A stretch of 64,000 nt of DNA from Candidatus Protoclostridium gallicola (GTDB lineage: Bacteria; Bacillota; Clostridia; Christensenellales; Pumilibacteraceae): positions 6,376-70,375 of the forward strand of contig CAJFLE010000006.1 of NCBI GenBank assembly GCA_904387375.1. The letters run 5' to 3'. Position numbers and translations under genes: made by a program. How positions within the stretch are numbered: position 1 is the stretch's first letter; every line of letters starts with the position of its first letter. The notes under the pieces are model-generated. The model did no database searches and was not told where the DNA came from. It saw only the letters and a list, made by a program, of their open reading frames with translations. This document shows, one piece after another, positions 33,451 through 42,254 of this stretch.

Positions 33451-35055
33451 TCAGAGCTGAGGTCCGAAAGGAACCAGAGCCTTGCCCGCTTCGTTGTTGG
33501 TGTATTTGACGAAGTTCTTCTGGAAACGCGAAGCCAGATCTTTCGCCTTGGTCTCCCACTCGGAAGCGTCTGCGTAGGTGTCGCGGGGATCGAGGATCGC
33601 CGGATCGACGCCGGGCAGCTCGGTGGGCACTTCGAAGTTGAAGTAAGGTATGGTCTTGGTAGGCGACTTTTTGATGGAGCCGTCCAGGATAGCGTCGATG
33701 ATGCCGCGGGTATCCTTGATGGAGATACGCTTGCCGGTGCCGTTCCAGCCGGTGTTGACGAGGTAAGCCTTAGCGCCGGACTGCTTCATGCGCTTGACGA
33801 GCTCTTCCGCATACTTGGTCGGATGAAGTTCGAGGAACGCCTGGCCGAAGCAAGCGGAGAACGTCGGGGTGGGCTCGGTGATGCCGCGCTCGGTGCCCGC
33901 AAGCTTTGCGGTGAAGCCGGACAGGAAGTAATACTCGGTCTGCTCGGGCGTCAGTATAGACACGGGAGGCAGCACGCCGAAAGCGTCTGCGGAAAGGAAG
34001 ATGACGTTCTGTGCGGCGGGAGCCGTCGACACGGGACGGACGATCTTCTCGATGTGATCGATGGGATAGGAAACGCGGGTATTCTCGGTAACGCTCTTGT
34101 CGTTGAAGTCGATCTTGCCGTCCTTGTCGAGCGTGACGTTTTCGAGCAGCGCGTTGCGCTTGATCGCGTTGTAGATGTCGGGTTCGGACTCTTTGTCGAG
34201 GTTGATGACCTTAGCGTAGCAGCCGCCTTCGAAGTTGAACACGCCGTTGTCGTCCCAGCCGTGCTCGTCGTCGCCGATGAGAAGGCGCTTCGGGTCGGTG
34301 GAAAGCGTGGTCTTGCCGGTGCCGGAAAGGCCGAAGAAGATAGCGGTGTTCTTGCCTTCCATGTCGGTGTTTGCCGAGCAGTGCATGGAAGCGATGCCTT
34401 TGAGAGGGAGATAGTAGTTCATCATGGAGAACATACCCTTCTTCATCTCGCCGCCGTACCAGGTGTTGAGGATGACCTGCTCGCGGCTGGTGATATTGAA
34501 CACGACAGCGGTCTCGGAGTTGAGGCCGAGCTCTTTATAGTTCTCCACCTTCGCCTTGGAAGCGTTGTACACGACGAAGTCAGGCTCGAAGTTCTCGAGT
34601 TCCTCTGCCGTGGGGCGGATGAACATGTTCGTGACGAAATGCGCCTGCCAAGCCACTTCCATTATGAAACGGATGGCCATGCGGGTGTCCTTGTTCGCGC
34701 CGCAGAATGCGTCGACGACGAAAAGGCGCTTGTTGGACAGCTCTTTCTGCGCGATGTCCTTGACGACCTTCCAGGTCTCTTCGGACGCGGGATGGTTGTC
34801 GTTCTTGTAAGCGTCGGACGTCCACCACACGGTGTCCTTGGAGTTGTCGTCCATAACGATGAACTTGTCCTTGGGGGAACGGCCGGTGTAGATGCCGGTC
34901 ATGACGTTGACCGCGCCGAGCTCGCTGACCTGACCCTTCTCGTAGCCTTCGAGGCCGGGCTTGGTCTCCTCTTCGAACAGCAACTCGTAAGACGGGTTGT
35001 ATACGACCTCGGTGGTACCGGTGATGCCGTATTTGCTCAAATCGATCTTTTTCAT
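33451..35055 (-). CDS. pckA: Phosphoenolpyruvate carboxykinase (ATP)
   Basis: 534 aa from [11 protein letters not shown] (ATG 35055, RBS AGGAGG). [13 protein letters not shown] kinase-1a motif and GCYAKVINL. The ORF-track N-terminal extension to 35190 was rejected. Confidence 0.9.
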   Translation of the reverse strand: MKKIDLSKYGITGTTEVVYNPSYELLFEEETKPGLEGYEKGQVSELGAVNVMTGIYTGRSPKDKFIVMDDNSKDTVWWTSDAYKNDNHPASEETWKVVKDIAQKELSNKRLFVVDAFCGANKDTRMAIRFIMEVAWQAHFVTNMFIRPTAEELENFEPDFVVYNASKAKVENYKELGLNSETAVVFNITSREQVILNTWYGGEMKKGMFSMMNYYLPLKGIASMHCSANTDMEGKNTAIFFGLSGTGKTTLSTDPKRLLIGDDEHGWDDNGVFNFEGGCYAKVINLDKESEPDIYNAIKRNALLENVTLDKDGKIDFNDKSVTENTRVSYPIDHIEKIVRPVSTAPAAQNVIFLSADAFGVLPPVSILTPEQTEYYFLSGFTAKLAGTERGITEPTPTFSACFGQAFLELHPTKYAEELVKRMKQSGAKAYLVNTGWNGTGKRISIKDTRGIIDAILDGSIKKSPTKTIPYFNFEVPTELPGVDPAILDPRDTYADASEWETKAKDLASRFQKNFVKYTNNEAGKALVPFGPQL

Positions 35056-35160
35056 ATTATAAAAACCTCCTGATTTACATAATGAAGTGAGGCGCCGACG
35101 TTTCCCCCGTTTGCTCCGTCCGCGCGGCCTGGAAGCGGTATCACTCCCCGACCAAGCCAA

Positions 35161-35190
35161 ATGATACCATTTTTTACGGTCTATTGTCAA
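35161..35190 (-). promoter_or_regulatory. Promoter TTGACA-18 nt-TATCAT of pckA
   Basis: -35 at 35190..35185 and -10 at 35166..35161. This predicts a 5' UTR of roughly 100 nt. Confidence 0.5.
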
Positions 35191-35268
35191 CTAAAAGAAA
35201 CCGCTGTATTTTTTCCGGAAGAAAAACGGCTTCGCGATGTATATAGGAGTATATAATATAGAATATAC

Positions 35269-35348
35269 GAATTGCCGGGGCTTGCCCGGCAATTTTCGAT
35301 TTGTATCAATCCGTTTCTCTCTTGAATGATCGCAGCATTTCAAGCAAT
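35269..35348 (+). repeat. 80-bp direct repeat, copy A (terminator hairpin + 3' end of an XRE gene)
   Basis: GAATTGCCGGGGCTTGCCCGGCAATTTTCGATTT..CATTTCAAGCAAT. It matches 37374..37453 with 2 mismatches by manual alignment. Confidence 0.85.
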
Positions 35349-35638
35349 GCGGTTTTCTGCTCGGCGGTCAGCCCGTACCAGCATTCCGCCAATTCTTTTT
35401 CCTCCCTCCCTATCCGTCCGAAATCCTCGTCTTTCAGCAGCAGATAAACGGGGCTGATTCCGAACGCGTCGGCGATTCTCTCGATCACATACAGCGTCGG
35501 CGACGAACCCCTGTCCCGCCAGCTGTACAAAGTGTTTTCGGACACGCCCGAAAGTTCCGCCAGGCGATAGATACTCCATCCCCTGTCCAGCCGCATTTTA
35601 TCTATTTTCCCGTAGATTTCTTTCGAATCGAAATACAT
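35306..35638 (-). CDS. XRE-family HTH regulator (110 aa)
   Basis: WSIYRLAELSGVSENTLYSWRDRGSSPTLYVIERIADAFGISPVYLL is an HTH_3 pattern. The C-terminal half is helical and of unknown function. Confidence 0.7.
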   Translation of the reverse strand: MYFDSKEIYGKIDKMRLDRGWSIYRLAELSGVSENTLYSWRDRGSSPTLYVIERIADAFGISPVYLLLKDEDFGRIGREEKELAECWYGLTAEQKTALLEMLRSFKRETD

Positions 35639-35738
35639 AACATTTATTTCCTTTTTTACAATATATTGTTATTATACTCCCGCAACATTGCAATAAAGGA
35701 ACGCCAAATTTATACAATAATCAAAACATAGCGTTATA

Positions 35739-36071
35739 CTATATTTCTTGTTTCGTAAATACTTGCAACATTTTCATCATTGAAGCTCTTTGCTCGTTGC
35801 TCAATAAATTCCAATAAGTTATCAATTCTTTTTGTTCCGCATCCAGTATACTCACGTCTTCGGTTCCAATTAAAATATTTATGGGATTTATCCTAAACGC
35901 ATTAGCTATACTTTCTATCATATAAAGCGAAGGAGAAGAATGCCGATCGCGCCAACTATATATACTGTTTACAGAAACGTTTGCCATTTCTGCCAAATGA
36001 TATATGCTCCAGCCTCGCTCCAATCGCATCTTATCTACCCTATTGTAAATCTGTTTTGCATCAAAATACAT
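35739..36071 (-). CDS. XRE-family HTH regulator (110 aa), paralog of 35306..35638
   Basis: Same length and collinear similarity (MYFDAKQIYNRVDKMRLERGWSIYHLAEM..). Much more AT-rich than its paralog. Confidence 0.7.
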   Translation of the reverse strand: MYFDAKQIYNRVDKMRLERGWSIYHLAEMANVSVNSIYSWRDRHSSPSLYMIESIANAFRINPINILIGTEDVSILDAEQKELITYWNLLSNEQRASMMKMLQVFTKQEI

Positions 36072-36237
36072 AGAAATATATTCCTATCAAAATATATTTC
36101 TATTATAACAACGCTCAAATGTGAATTTATTACGTTGATTTTATATAATTATCACTATTTTGCGTGATTTATGCTAAGATTTATGTTAAGATATAATTAA
36201 GAATTTTAGTAATTAAGGATTATCAGGAGCAAATTTT

Positions 36238-37182
36238 ATGAAATATTTTACGAAAGAATGGTTCATTAAAGACAGTCTGTGCTCTATAATGTCGCGCGTG
36301 AAGGAATCCGAAATCGCGGAAACCAAAGATGAGGAAAGGTATCTTGAATTGTACCGAAAAAAGCTGAGTGCTCACCTTGCTGCCGAAAAACAAAACGACT
36401 TATACAAAAATCCAAAAGAGGAGCTGCAACGCTACGACATTTATATTTCGGAACCGGGAATCACAGAAGAAGAACGTCGCAAGCGGATACAATATAAGCA
36501 GACTTTTATTGAAACAAATAAGGATCATATAGACAACAATCTTTACTTTATTTTTGACGAAAACTTATTTAAGCAAAAATTCGATAATTATTTAAACCAA
36601 AATATCGAGTTATTGCACTATCTGCCAAAAAGAATTTTAAAGAATGTTGCGGATATACGAATCCTGGCGTTAGGCTTGGCCTGTAAAAAAGTAATGCGTT
36701 TATTAAATAAGTATTGCGCAAAACAAAAAAAGGCATGCAATAAAATAAGATATCGTGCGTTTTCCGAATCTGATAAAGTTGAAGAAACGCTTACGAAACA
36801 ACTGAACACCAATTTGTATGACGATGCATTGATCATGGACATATACGAGCAAGACGGAGATATTTATCTGGAATTTGAATACGGGCAAAAACTGCAAATC
36901 ATAAACGGAGAAATAACGGAGCGAGAGCAAGACAAAATATATAAATGGAATATAGATATTCCGAGCAGCGGAATGAGTCTGGTGCAAGGAACCGAAATGC
37001 ACTACAAAAACGGAAAGTACGAATTATGTTTTCTGATGGAAAACACGGATGAATACGGCAAAAGCGCCTTATGGTATCTGACTATACGCGGTAACGATAT
37101 ATTGGAAATACCCGCACCGCCTAATCAAATATTAGAAATGGAAGAAAAACTACTTGCGCTGGCATATAAATTGTCAAAATAA
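36238..37182 (+). CDS. Hypothetical protein (N-terminus MKYFTKEW.. is reminiscent of DUF4085-type proteins; from memory, unverified)
   Basis: 314 aa, very AT-rich and Lys/Glu/Asn-rich. AGGAG RBS. Followed by the repeat-borne terminator. Confidence 0.55.
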   Translation: MKYFTKEWFIKDSLCSIMSRVKESEIAETKDEERYLELYRKKLSAHLAAEKQNDLYKNPKEELQRYDIYISEPGITEEERRKRIQYKQTFIETNKDHIDNNLYFIFDENLFKQKFDNYLNQNIELLHYLPKRILKNVADIRILALGLACKKVMRLLNKYCAKQKKACNKIRYRAFSESDKVEETLTKQLNTNLYDDALIMDIYEQDGDIYLEFEYGQKLQIINGEITEREQDKIYKWNIDIPSSGMSLVQGTEMHYKNGKYELCFLMENTDEYGKSALWYLTIRGNDILEIPAPPNQILEMEEKLLALAYKLSK

Positions 37183-37373
37183 TAAATCTGTAAATTTCAT
37201 GGTCCTTCAATCCTTTTAATAAATAAAACTGCACCGCAAGTCTACCAGACGTTTACGGCACTGTCTTGTTTTTCCTTAATGAAGATTATATCCGATTTTA
37301 ATATAATTCAAGGAGTTTTTCGGATTATACTCCTATAAACTTCGCAAAACTTATAAAAATGCAGAGTATATAT

Positions 37374-37453
37374 GAATTGCCGGGGCTTGCCCGGCAATTT
37401 TCGATTTATATCAATCCGTTTCTCTCTTGAATGACCGCAGCATTTCAAGCAAT
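37374..37453 (+). repeat. 80-bp direct repeat, copy B
   Basis: See copy A. It contains the hairpin AATTGCCGGG-GCTTG-CCCGGCAATT + TTCGATTT, which serves as the terminator of 36238..37182, plus a 43-nt remnant of the XRE gene 3' end. Confidence 0.85.
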
Positions 37454-37461
37454 AAAGCAAC

Positions 37462-37701
37462 TCAATCGGAAATATTTTCACGCCTGAATAAATCGCTGCC
37501 GAAAAATTCGTCTATTCCCATTTCCAGCCCGTCAGTTAATTCGTATACTACGTGTATACTCAATTTCTTGCATTTTTGCCGGCATATATCGCTTATGCTC
37601 GATTCGGCAATACCGCTTAACTGCGACAACCGATATTGTGTAATGCCCTTTTGTCGCAGGATTTCTTTTAATCTTAATGCGATTGCTTCGTTCAGCGTCA
37701 T
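37462..37701 (-). CDS. Small XRE-family HTH regulator (79 aa)
   Basis: MTLNEAIALRLKEILRQKGITQYRLSQLSGIAESSISDI... Start at ATG 37701. The longer ORF-track version to 37977 overlaps the AlkD-like gene and was rejected. Confidence 0.65.
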   Translation of the reverse strand: MTLNEAIALRLKEILRQKGITQYRLSQLSGIAESSISDICRQKCKKLSIHVVYELTDGLEMGIDEFFGSDLFRRENISD

Positions 37702-37724
37702 TTTTATATGTTCCGCAAATATCC

Positions 37725-38399
37725 TTATCTTTTCAGCGTTTTCAGTTCCGCTTTCTGCTCTGCGGTCAGGCGGTAGGAGTCGCGGCACTTGGAAATCGCC
37801 TTGTTCACCACCCACGGCGTGAAGCGGCCGTCGCGCAGCAGCGACACGCCGACGTCGTAAAATTTGACGACGATCTCGCAGATCAGCCATGCCGCCGCCA
37901 TGTCGACGTAATATCTGCCGAGAGGCACCGTCGGAAGCTCCCGCACGGCGATGTGCAGATATTTTTCGTTCACGCACAGCTCGAACAGCATCATGACGTA
38001 GGCGCGCGTTTCGTACTCGCCGCCGCTTTTAAGATAGGAAAAGGCGGACAGAAACGCCTCTGGATCCTTCACCCAGCCGAATTTTGTTATTATCTGATCG
38101 GTGTGCGCCCAGCTCGCGAAGCGCGGAATGAGCCGGGTCAGCAGCCGCACGTTTTCGCCGTAGTTCTTCCCCAGCTGCCAGCCGCACAGCATGACCTCTT
38201 CGAACGAATACCCGCTCCGGGAGAAAAAGTCGTCCGCAAAGGCGGGATACTCCCGCTTTATTTTCTTTGCGAGCGCGCGCAGCGCGGGCGTACGCACTCC
38301 GAGGACGGGCAGCTCCGTATTCGCTATGCCGCGGCTGAACTCCGCGTACTTTTCGTCCCGCAGCGCGGCGAGCTCCGCCTTCACGTCGTCGTAGGTCAT
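37725..38399 (-). CDS. DNA alkylation repair protein (AlkD/HEAT-like repeat family)
   Basis: 224 aa. ..LRDEKYAEFSRGIANTELPVLGVRTPALRALAKKI.. and ..RFASWAHTDQI.. patterns are typical of this family. Confidence 0.65.
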   Translation of the reverse strand: MTYDDVKAELAALRDEKYAEFSRGIANTELPVLGVRTPALRALAKKIKREYPAFADDFFSRSGYSFEEVMLCGWQLGKNYGENVRLLTRLIPRFASWAHTDQIITKFGWVKDPEAFLSAFSYLKSGGEYETRAYVMMLFELCVNEKYLHIAVRELPTVPLGRYYVDMAAAWLICEIVVKFYDVGVSLLRDGRFTPWVVNKAISKCRDSYRLTAEQKAELKTLKR

Positions 38400-38496
38400 A
38401 ATCTCCTCCCTTCCGTATTATACACGAGACGGCGGCGCGCGGTCAACCGCAGGCGGCGGAAATGATAAATATTTTTGAAAAAGCGCCGCAATATTT

Positions 38497-38511
38497 ACAA
38501 AATTTTAACAA
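38497..38511 (+). promoter_or_regulatory. 15-nt motif ACAAAATTTTAACAA (tandem TTTA(A)CAA half-sites 10 bp apart) in the promoter of the OmpR-type regulator
   Basis: It lies within TTTACA-17 nt-TATTAT (38494..38522). The identical 15-mer recurs at 41623..41637. Confidence 0.4.
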
Positions 38512-38555
38512 CACGGTATTATAATGCGGTAAGACAACAAAACGAGAGGTGCGGA

Positions 38556-39227
38556 ATGATACGCATACTGGTCGCAGAAGACGACGAAAAACTGAACAAG
38601 CTCGTCTGCCGCAGTCTGTCCGACGGCGGCTACGAGGCGGTTGGATGCCGCGACGGCGCGGAGGCGATCGCCGCCATGGACGGCGGGCGCTTCGACATGA
38701 TAGTCAGCGACATCATGATGCCGCGCACGGACGGGTTCGAGCTGGCGGAGACGGTGCGCGCGGCGGACAAGAACATTCCCATACTGCTGATGACCGCGCG
38801 GGACGACATGGCGGCCAAGCAGAAAGGCTACCGCCTCGGCATAGACGACTATATAGTCAAGCCCTTCGATATGGACGAACTGCTGCTGCGCGTGGGCGCG
38901 CTCATGCGCCGCGCGAAGGTGGAAACGGCGAAAAAGCTGGAAATAGGCAACCTCGTCATGGACGCGGACGAGCACACGGCGTACGTGGGCGGCGAGGAGC
39001 TCAATCTCACCGTGCGCGAGTTCGACATACTGCACAAACTGCTGTCGTACCCGAAAAAGACGTTCACGCGCACGCAGCTCATGGAAGCGCTGTGGGACTA
39101 CGATTCCGCCGCCACGCCGCGCACCGTGGACGTGTATATGGCCAAGCTGCGCGAAAAAACCGCCGCCTGCGACGGGTTCGAGCTGGTCACCGTGCACGGG
39201 CTGGGCTATAAGGCGGTGCCGAAATGA
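38556..39227 (+). CDS. OmpR/PhoB-family response regulator
   Basis: MIRILVAEDDE.., ..DMIVSDIMMPRTDG.., and the C-terminal LTVREFDILHKLLSYPKKTFTRTQL winged helix. Start moved to 38556. Confidence 0.85.
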   Translation: MIRILVAEDDEKLNKLVCRSLSDGGYEAVGCRDGAEAIAAMDGGRFDMIVSDIMMPRTDGFELAETVRAADKNIPILLMTARDDMAAKQKGYRLGIDDYIVKPFDMDELLLRVGALMRRAKVETAKKLEIGNLVMDADEHTAYVGGEELNLTVREFDILHKLLSYPKKTFTRTQLMEALWDYDSAATPRTVDVYMAKLREKTAACDGFELVTVHGLGYKAVPK

Positions 39228-40273
39228 GGCGGGGCAGAAGGCGCGCGGCGACGTCGCTGACCGGGTATCTCGGCTTTTCCCTGCTCGTCGCCGGCATAAT
39301 AACCGTCGCGGTGCTGCTGTACTCCTTCGTGTCCGACGCGAGCGGCGGCAACGCCGCGGTCATAGCCGCGGTCATGCTGGTCTGTGTGTTTTTCCTCGCG
39401 CTCGTGTGCACGACGGTGGACCTGCTGCGCAGGCGGTTCACGGTGGAGCGGCCGACGGGCAGGATTCTCGAAGCCACCGACCGGATCGCCGCCGGGGACT
39501 TCTCGGTGCGCCTCGACCCGTCCCACACCTACGGCAGATACAACGCGTACGACGCGATCATGGAAAACATCAACCGCATGGCGGCGGAGCTGTCCAAAAC
39601 CGAAGTGCTGCGCACCGACTTCATCGCCAATGTCAGCCACGAGATGAAAACGCCGCTGTCCGTCATACAGAACTACGCCGCCGCGATAGGCAGCGAGGAC
39701 ATTTCCGCGGAAACGCGGCGCGAGTACGCGGATACCATAGTGTCCGCGACCAAACGGCTGAGCGCGCTCATATCCGACGTGCTCAAACTCAGCAAGCTGG
39801 AAAACCAGGAGATCTTCCCCGACTTCCGCAAAGTGGATCTCGGCGAGGAATTCAGATCGGGCGTATTGCAGTTCGAGGAGGCGTTCGAGCGCAAGAACAT
39901 AGAGCCGGAGTGCGACATCGACGACATGACGATAGTATCCGACCCCGGCCTTCTGTCCGTAATATGGAACAACCTGCTTTCCAACGCGGTCAAATTCACG
40001 CCCGAGGGCGGCAGGATAAGCGTATCGCTCAAAAACGAAAACGGCCGCGCGGTCATAAAAGTGAGCGACACGGGCTGCGGCATGACCAAGGAAACGGGCG
40101 CGCATATATTCGACAAATTCTATCAGGGCGACACGTCGCACGCGCAGGAAGGCAACGGCCTGGGACTCGCCCTCGTCAAAAAGGCGGTGGACATAGTGGG
40201 CGGAGAAATATCCGTGGAAAGCGAAGTCGGCCGCGGCAGTACGTTCACCGTCGCGCTGAGGGCAGAGCCGTGA
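39224..40273 (+). CDS. Sensor histidine kinase (2 TM, HAMP, HisKA, HATPase_c)
   Basis: H-box FIANVSHEMKTPLS, N-box WNNLLSNAVKFTP, G-boxes SDTGCGM and GNGLGLALVKK. ATGA overlap with the regulator gene. Confidence 0.85.
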   Translation: MRRGRRRAATSLTGYLGFSLLVAGIITVAVLLYSFVSDASGGNAAVIAAVMLVCVFFLALVCTTVDLLRRRFTVERPTGRILEATDRIAAGDFSVRLDPSHTYGRYNAYDAIMENINRMAAELSKTEVLRTDFIANVSHEMKTPLSVIQNYAAAIGSEDISAETRREYADTIVSATKRLSALISDVLKLSKLENQEIFPDFRKVDLGEEFRSGVLQFEEAFERKNIEPECDIDDMTIVSDPGLLSVIWNNLLSNAVKFTPEGGRISVSLKNENGRAVIKVSDTGCGMTKETGAHIFDKFYQGDTSHAQEGNGLGLALVKKAVDIVGGEISVESEVGRGSTFTVALRAEP

Positions 40274-41247
40274 AGGAGAAACGCAAAGCAAAGGACGTCA
40301 TAAAAAATCCCGGCCCCGTCATGCTCGCCGCCGTATATACCGTGACCGCCGCTGCGGTCGCGGCGTCCGTGGCGCTGACCGCGCTGGATCTCATGCTTCC
40401 GCCCGTATACGCGCTTTACGCGATCGCCGTCGCCGGACTTGCGTATTCCGTATATACCATAGTCACCGGCATTCCGAAGCTCAAGAAAAAGCTGGTGGAA
40501 AAGGCCGGGAAGCGCGAGTTCACGAACAAGCTCGTGAGCGACTACGTTTTCCGCACCGCGGCGCTGGCGGCGGTGTCATTCGCAGTCAACGTCGGGTACG
40601 CGGTATTCAACGGCGTGCTGGCGATAGTGTCGATGTCGGTGTGGTACGGCGCGCTGGCGGCATATTACCTGCTGCTCAGCGTAGCGCGGCTGGGTGTGCT
40701 CGCGGGCAGCCGCATGGCAAAAAAGCGTTCGGCGGACGGCGAAGAACTTGAAGAGAACAAGCTGAAAATATTCCGCGCCTGCGGAGTGTTCCTGTTCGTG
40801 CTCGAATTCGGGCTTGCCGCCGCGGTCACGCAGATGATAATGTCGCCCCGGCCGTCGTCACAGGACGAGATCATGGCGATATCTTCGGCGGCGTACGCGT
40901 TCTATAAGATAACGATAGCCATAGTCAACCTCGTCAAAGCGGGGAAACTGCGCGACCCCGTGGTGCAGTCGCTGCGGAACATAGGGCTGACCGACGCGCT
41001 CGTTTCCATGCTCGCGCTGGAAGTCACGCTCGTGACCGTATTCTCGGACGGAGACGAAACCAATATGATAACGATGCGGTGCCTGAACGCCGTAACCGGT
41101 TTCGGCATCTGCGCGCTCACGATGGGCATCGGCATATATATGGTGGTGCGCGCGGGCATACTGCTGAAAAAGAGGAAGGAACTCGCGCCGGCGGCAGAAC
41201 CTGAAACAACGGAGGAACAAACGGAAGATGAAGGACGACAACGATAA
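40270..41247 (+). CDS. Polytopic membrane protein, unknown function (co-operonic with the two-component system)
   Basis: It is the real part of the long 39406..41247 ORF. GTG 40270 overlaps the kinase stop (GTGA); ATG 40321 is an alternative start. About 6 hydrophobic helices. Confidence 0.55.
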   Translation: MKEKRKAKDVIKNPGPVMLAAVYTVTAAAVAASVALTALDLMLPPVYALYAIAVAGLAYSVYTIVTGIPKLKKKLVEKAGKREFTNKLVSDYVFRTAALAAVSFAVNVGYAVFNGVLAIVSMSVWYGALAAYYLLLSVARLGVLAGSRMAKKRSADGEELEENKLKIFRACGVFLFVLEFGLAAAVTQMIMSPRPSSQDEIMAISSAAYAFYKITIAIVNLVKAGKLRDPVVQSLRNIGLTDALVSMLALEVTLVTVFSDGDETNMITMRCLNAVTGFGICALTMGIGIYMVVRAGILLKKRKELAPAAEPETTEEQTEDEGRQR

Positions 41248-41623
41248 ATTTTCATACACCTATTCGGCGCCCACCGCGGACGAGCGGCGGGAAATCGAGA
41301 GCATACGCCGCGTTTACGAAGACCACGGCGGCGACTACGAAAAACTGGTGCGGCTGGACAAAAAGGCGCGGAGCATTCCGATGTGCGTGTCGATTTCCCT
41401 CGGGGTCGTCGGCGCGCTGGTGTTCGGACTGGGCATGGCAATGGTCACGGTATGGGAACTTATGGGCGGCGCGGCGGTATCCGCCGCCGGGGCGCTCGTT
41501 GCCGCGGCCGCCTACCCCGTGCACAAAGTCCTCACCCGGCGCATGAAAGCGAAATACGGACCCGAAATCGTGCGGCTGAGCTCCAGACTGCTCGGCGAGG
41601 ACGGCGAAGAAAAAACGCGTTAA
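41228..41623 (+). CDS. Small membrane protein (2 TM), unknown function
   Basis: 131 aa. ..LDKKARSIPMCVSISLGVVGALVFGLGMAM.. Paralogous to 41729..42076. Confidence 0.55.
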   Translation: MKDDNDKFSYTYSAPTADERREIESIRRVYEDHGGDYEKLVRLDKKARSIPMCVSISLGVVGALVFGLGMAMVTVWELMGGAAVSAAGALVAAAAYPVHKVLTRRMKAKYGPEIVRLSSRLLGEDGEEKTR

Positions 41624-41637
41624 CAAAATTTTAACAA
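41623..41637 (+). promoter_or_regulatory. Second copy of ACAAAATTTTAACAA
   Basis: Located in the 105-nt gap upstream of the paralogous small membrane protein gene. Confidence 0.4.
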
Positions 41638-41728
41638 AAAATAAGCGTAACTTTAACATTTCCTTGATAAATCGGCAACAATCGCCGGTTATAATTAAGG
41701 CACAAAAACAAATCAAGGAGATATAATC

Positions 41729-42076
41729 ATGAATACGGAACAGGAAAAGAGGATCGCGGAAAGCATCCGCAGCGCTTATGTGCCCGAAAAAGAGAACAAA
41801 CTCGATCAGCTTCGCAAGCTGGACGCCCGCGTAAAGCTGCCCGCCGAGATATTCGCGTACATCTTCGGTATCGTCGGCGCGCTCGTGCTCGGGGTGGGAA
41901 TGTGCCTTGCCATGAGAATAATCGCGGATATGCTGCCCCTCGGCGTGGTCATAGGCTGCGTGGGCATCGTCATGGTGGCGGTCAACTACTTCATTTACGC
42001 CGCGATAGTGAAATCGCGCAAGAAGAAGTATGCGGCGCAGATTCTCGCGCTGACCGACGAACTGCTCGGCAGGTAA
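41729..42076 (+). CDS. Small membrane protein (2 TM), paralog of 41228..41623
   Basis: 115 aa. ..LDARVKLPAEIFAYIFGIVGALVLGVGMCLAM.. Ends ..ILALTDELLGR (compare ..IVRLSSRLLGE in the paralog). Confidence 0.6.
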   Translation: MNTEQEKRIAESIRSAYVPEKENKLDQLRKLDARVKLPAEIFAYIFGIVGALVLGVGMCLAMRIIADMLPLGVVIGCVGIVMVAVNYFIYAAIVKSRKKKYAAQILALTDELLGR

Positions 42077-42086
42077 CCGGACGCAG

Positions 42087-42120
42087 ACGGCGGCTCCGTA
42101 ACGGAGCCGCCGTTTTCTCT
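42087..42120 (+). terminator. Intrinsic terminator
   Basis: ACGGCGGCTCCG-TAA-CGGAGCCGCCGT followed by TTTCTCT. Confidence 0.75.
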
Positions 42121-42254
42121 GCCCTTTCCGGCGTTCGCCGAACCGGATCGGAGATTTTTCGCCGAAAACAGTTGACACATTGTCAGAACAGGCGTATAAT
42201 ATAATCATTGACAATATGTCAGATAAAACGAAAACGTTACGGAGGCAACATAAT

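Noticed and set aside
33451-35190. N-terminal extensions offered by the ORF track: pckA to 35190, ABC-F from 22085, ADH from 42180, ATPase from 45203, the lipoprotein to 17624, and glutamate synthase genes to 4390/4992/6359.
   Set aside because: In each case an internal ATG with a good Shine-Dalgarno sequence coincides with the conserved family N-terminus. The extension is Arg-rich and overlaps the upstream gene or terminator.
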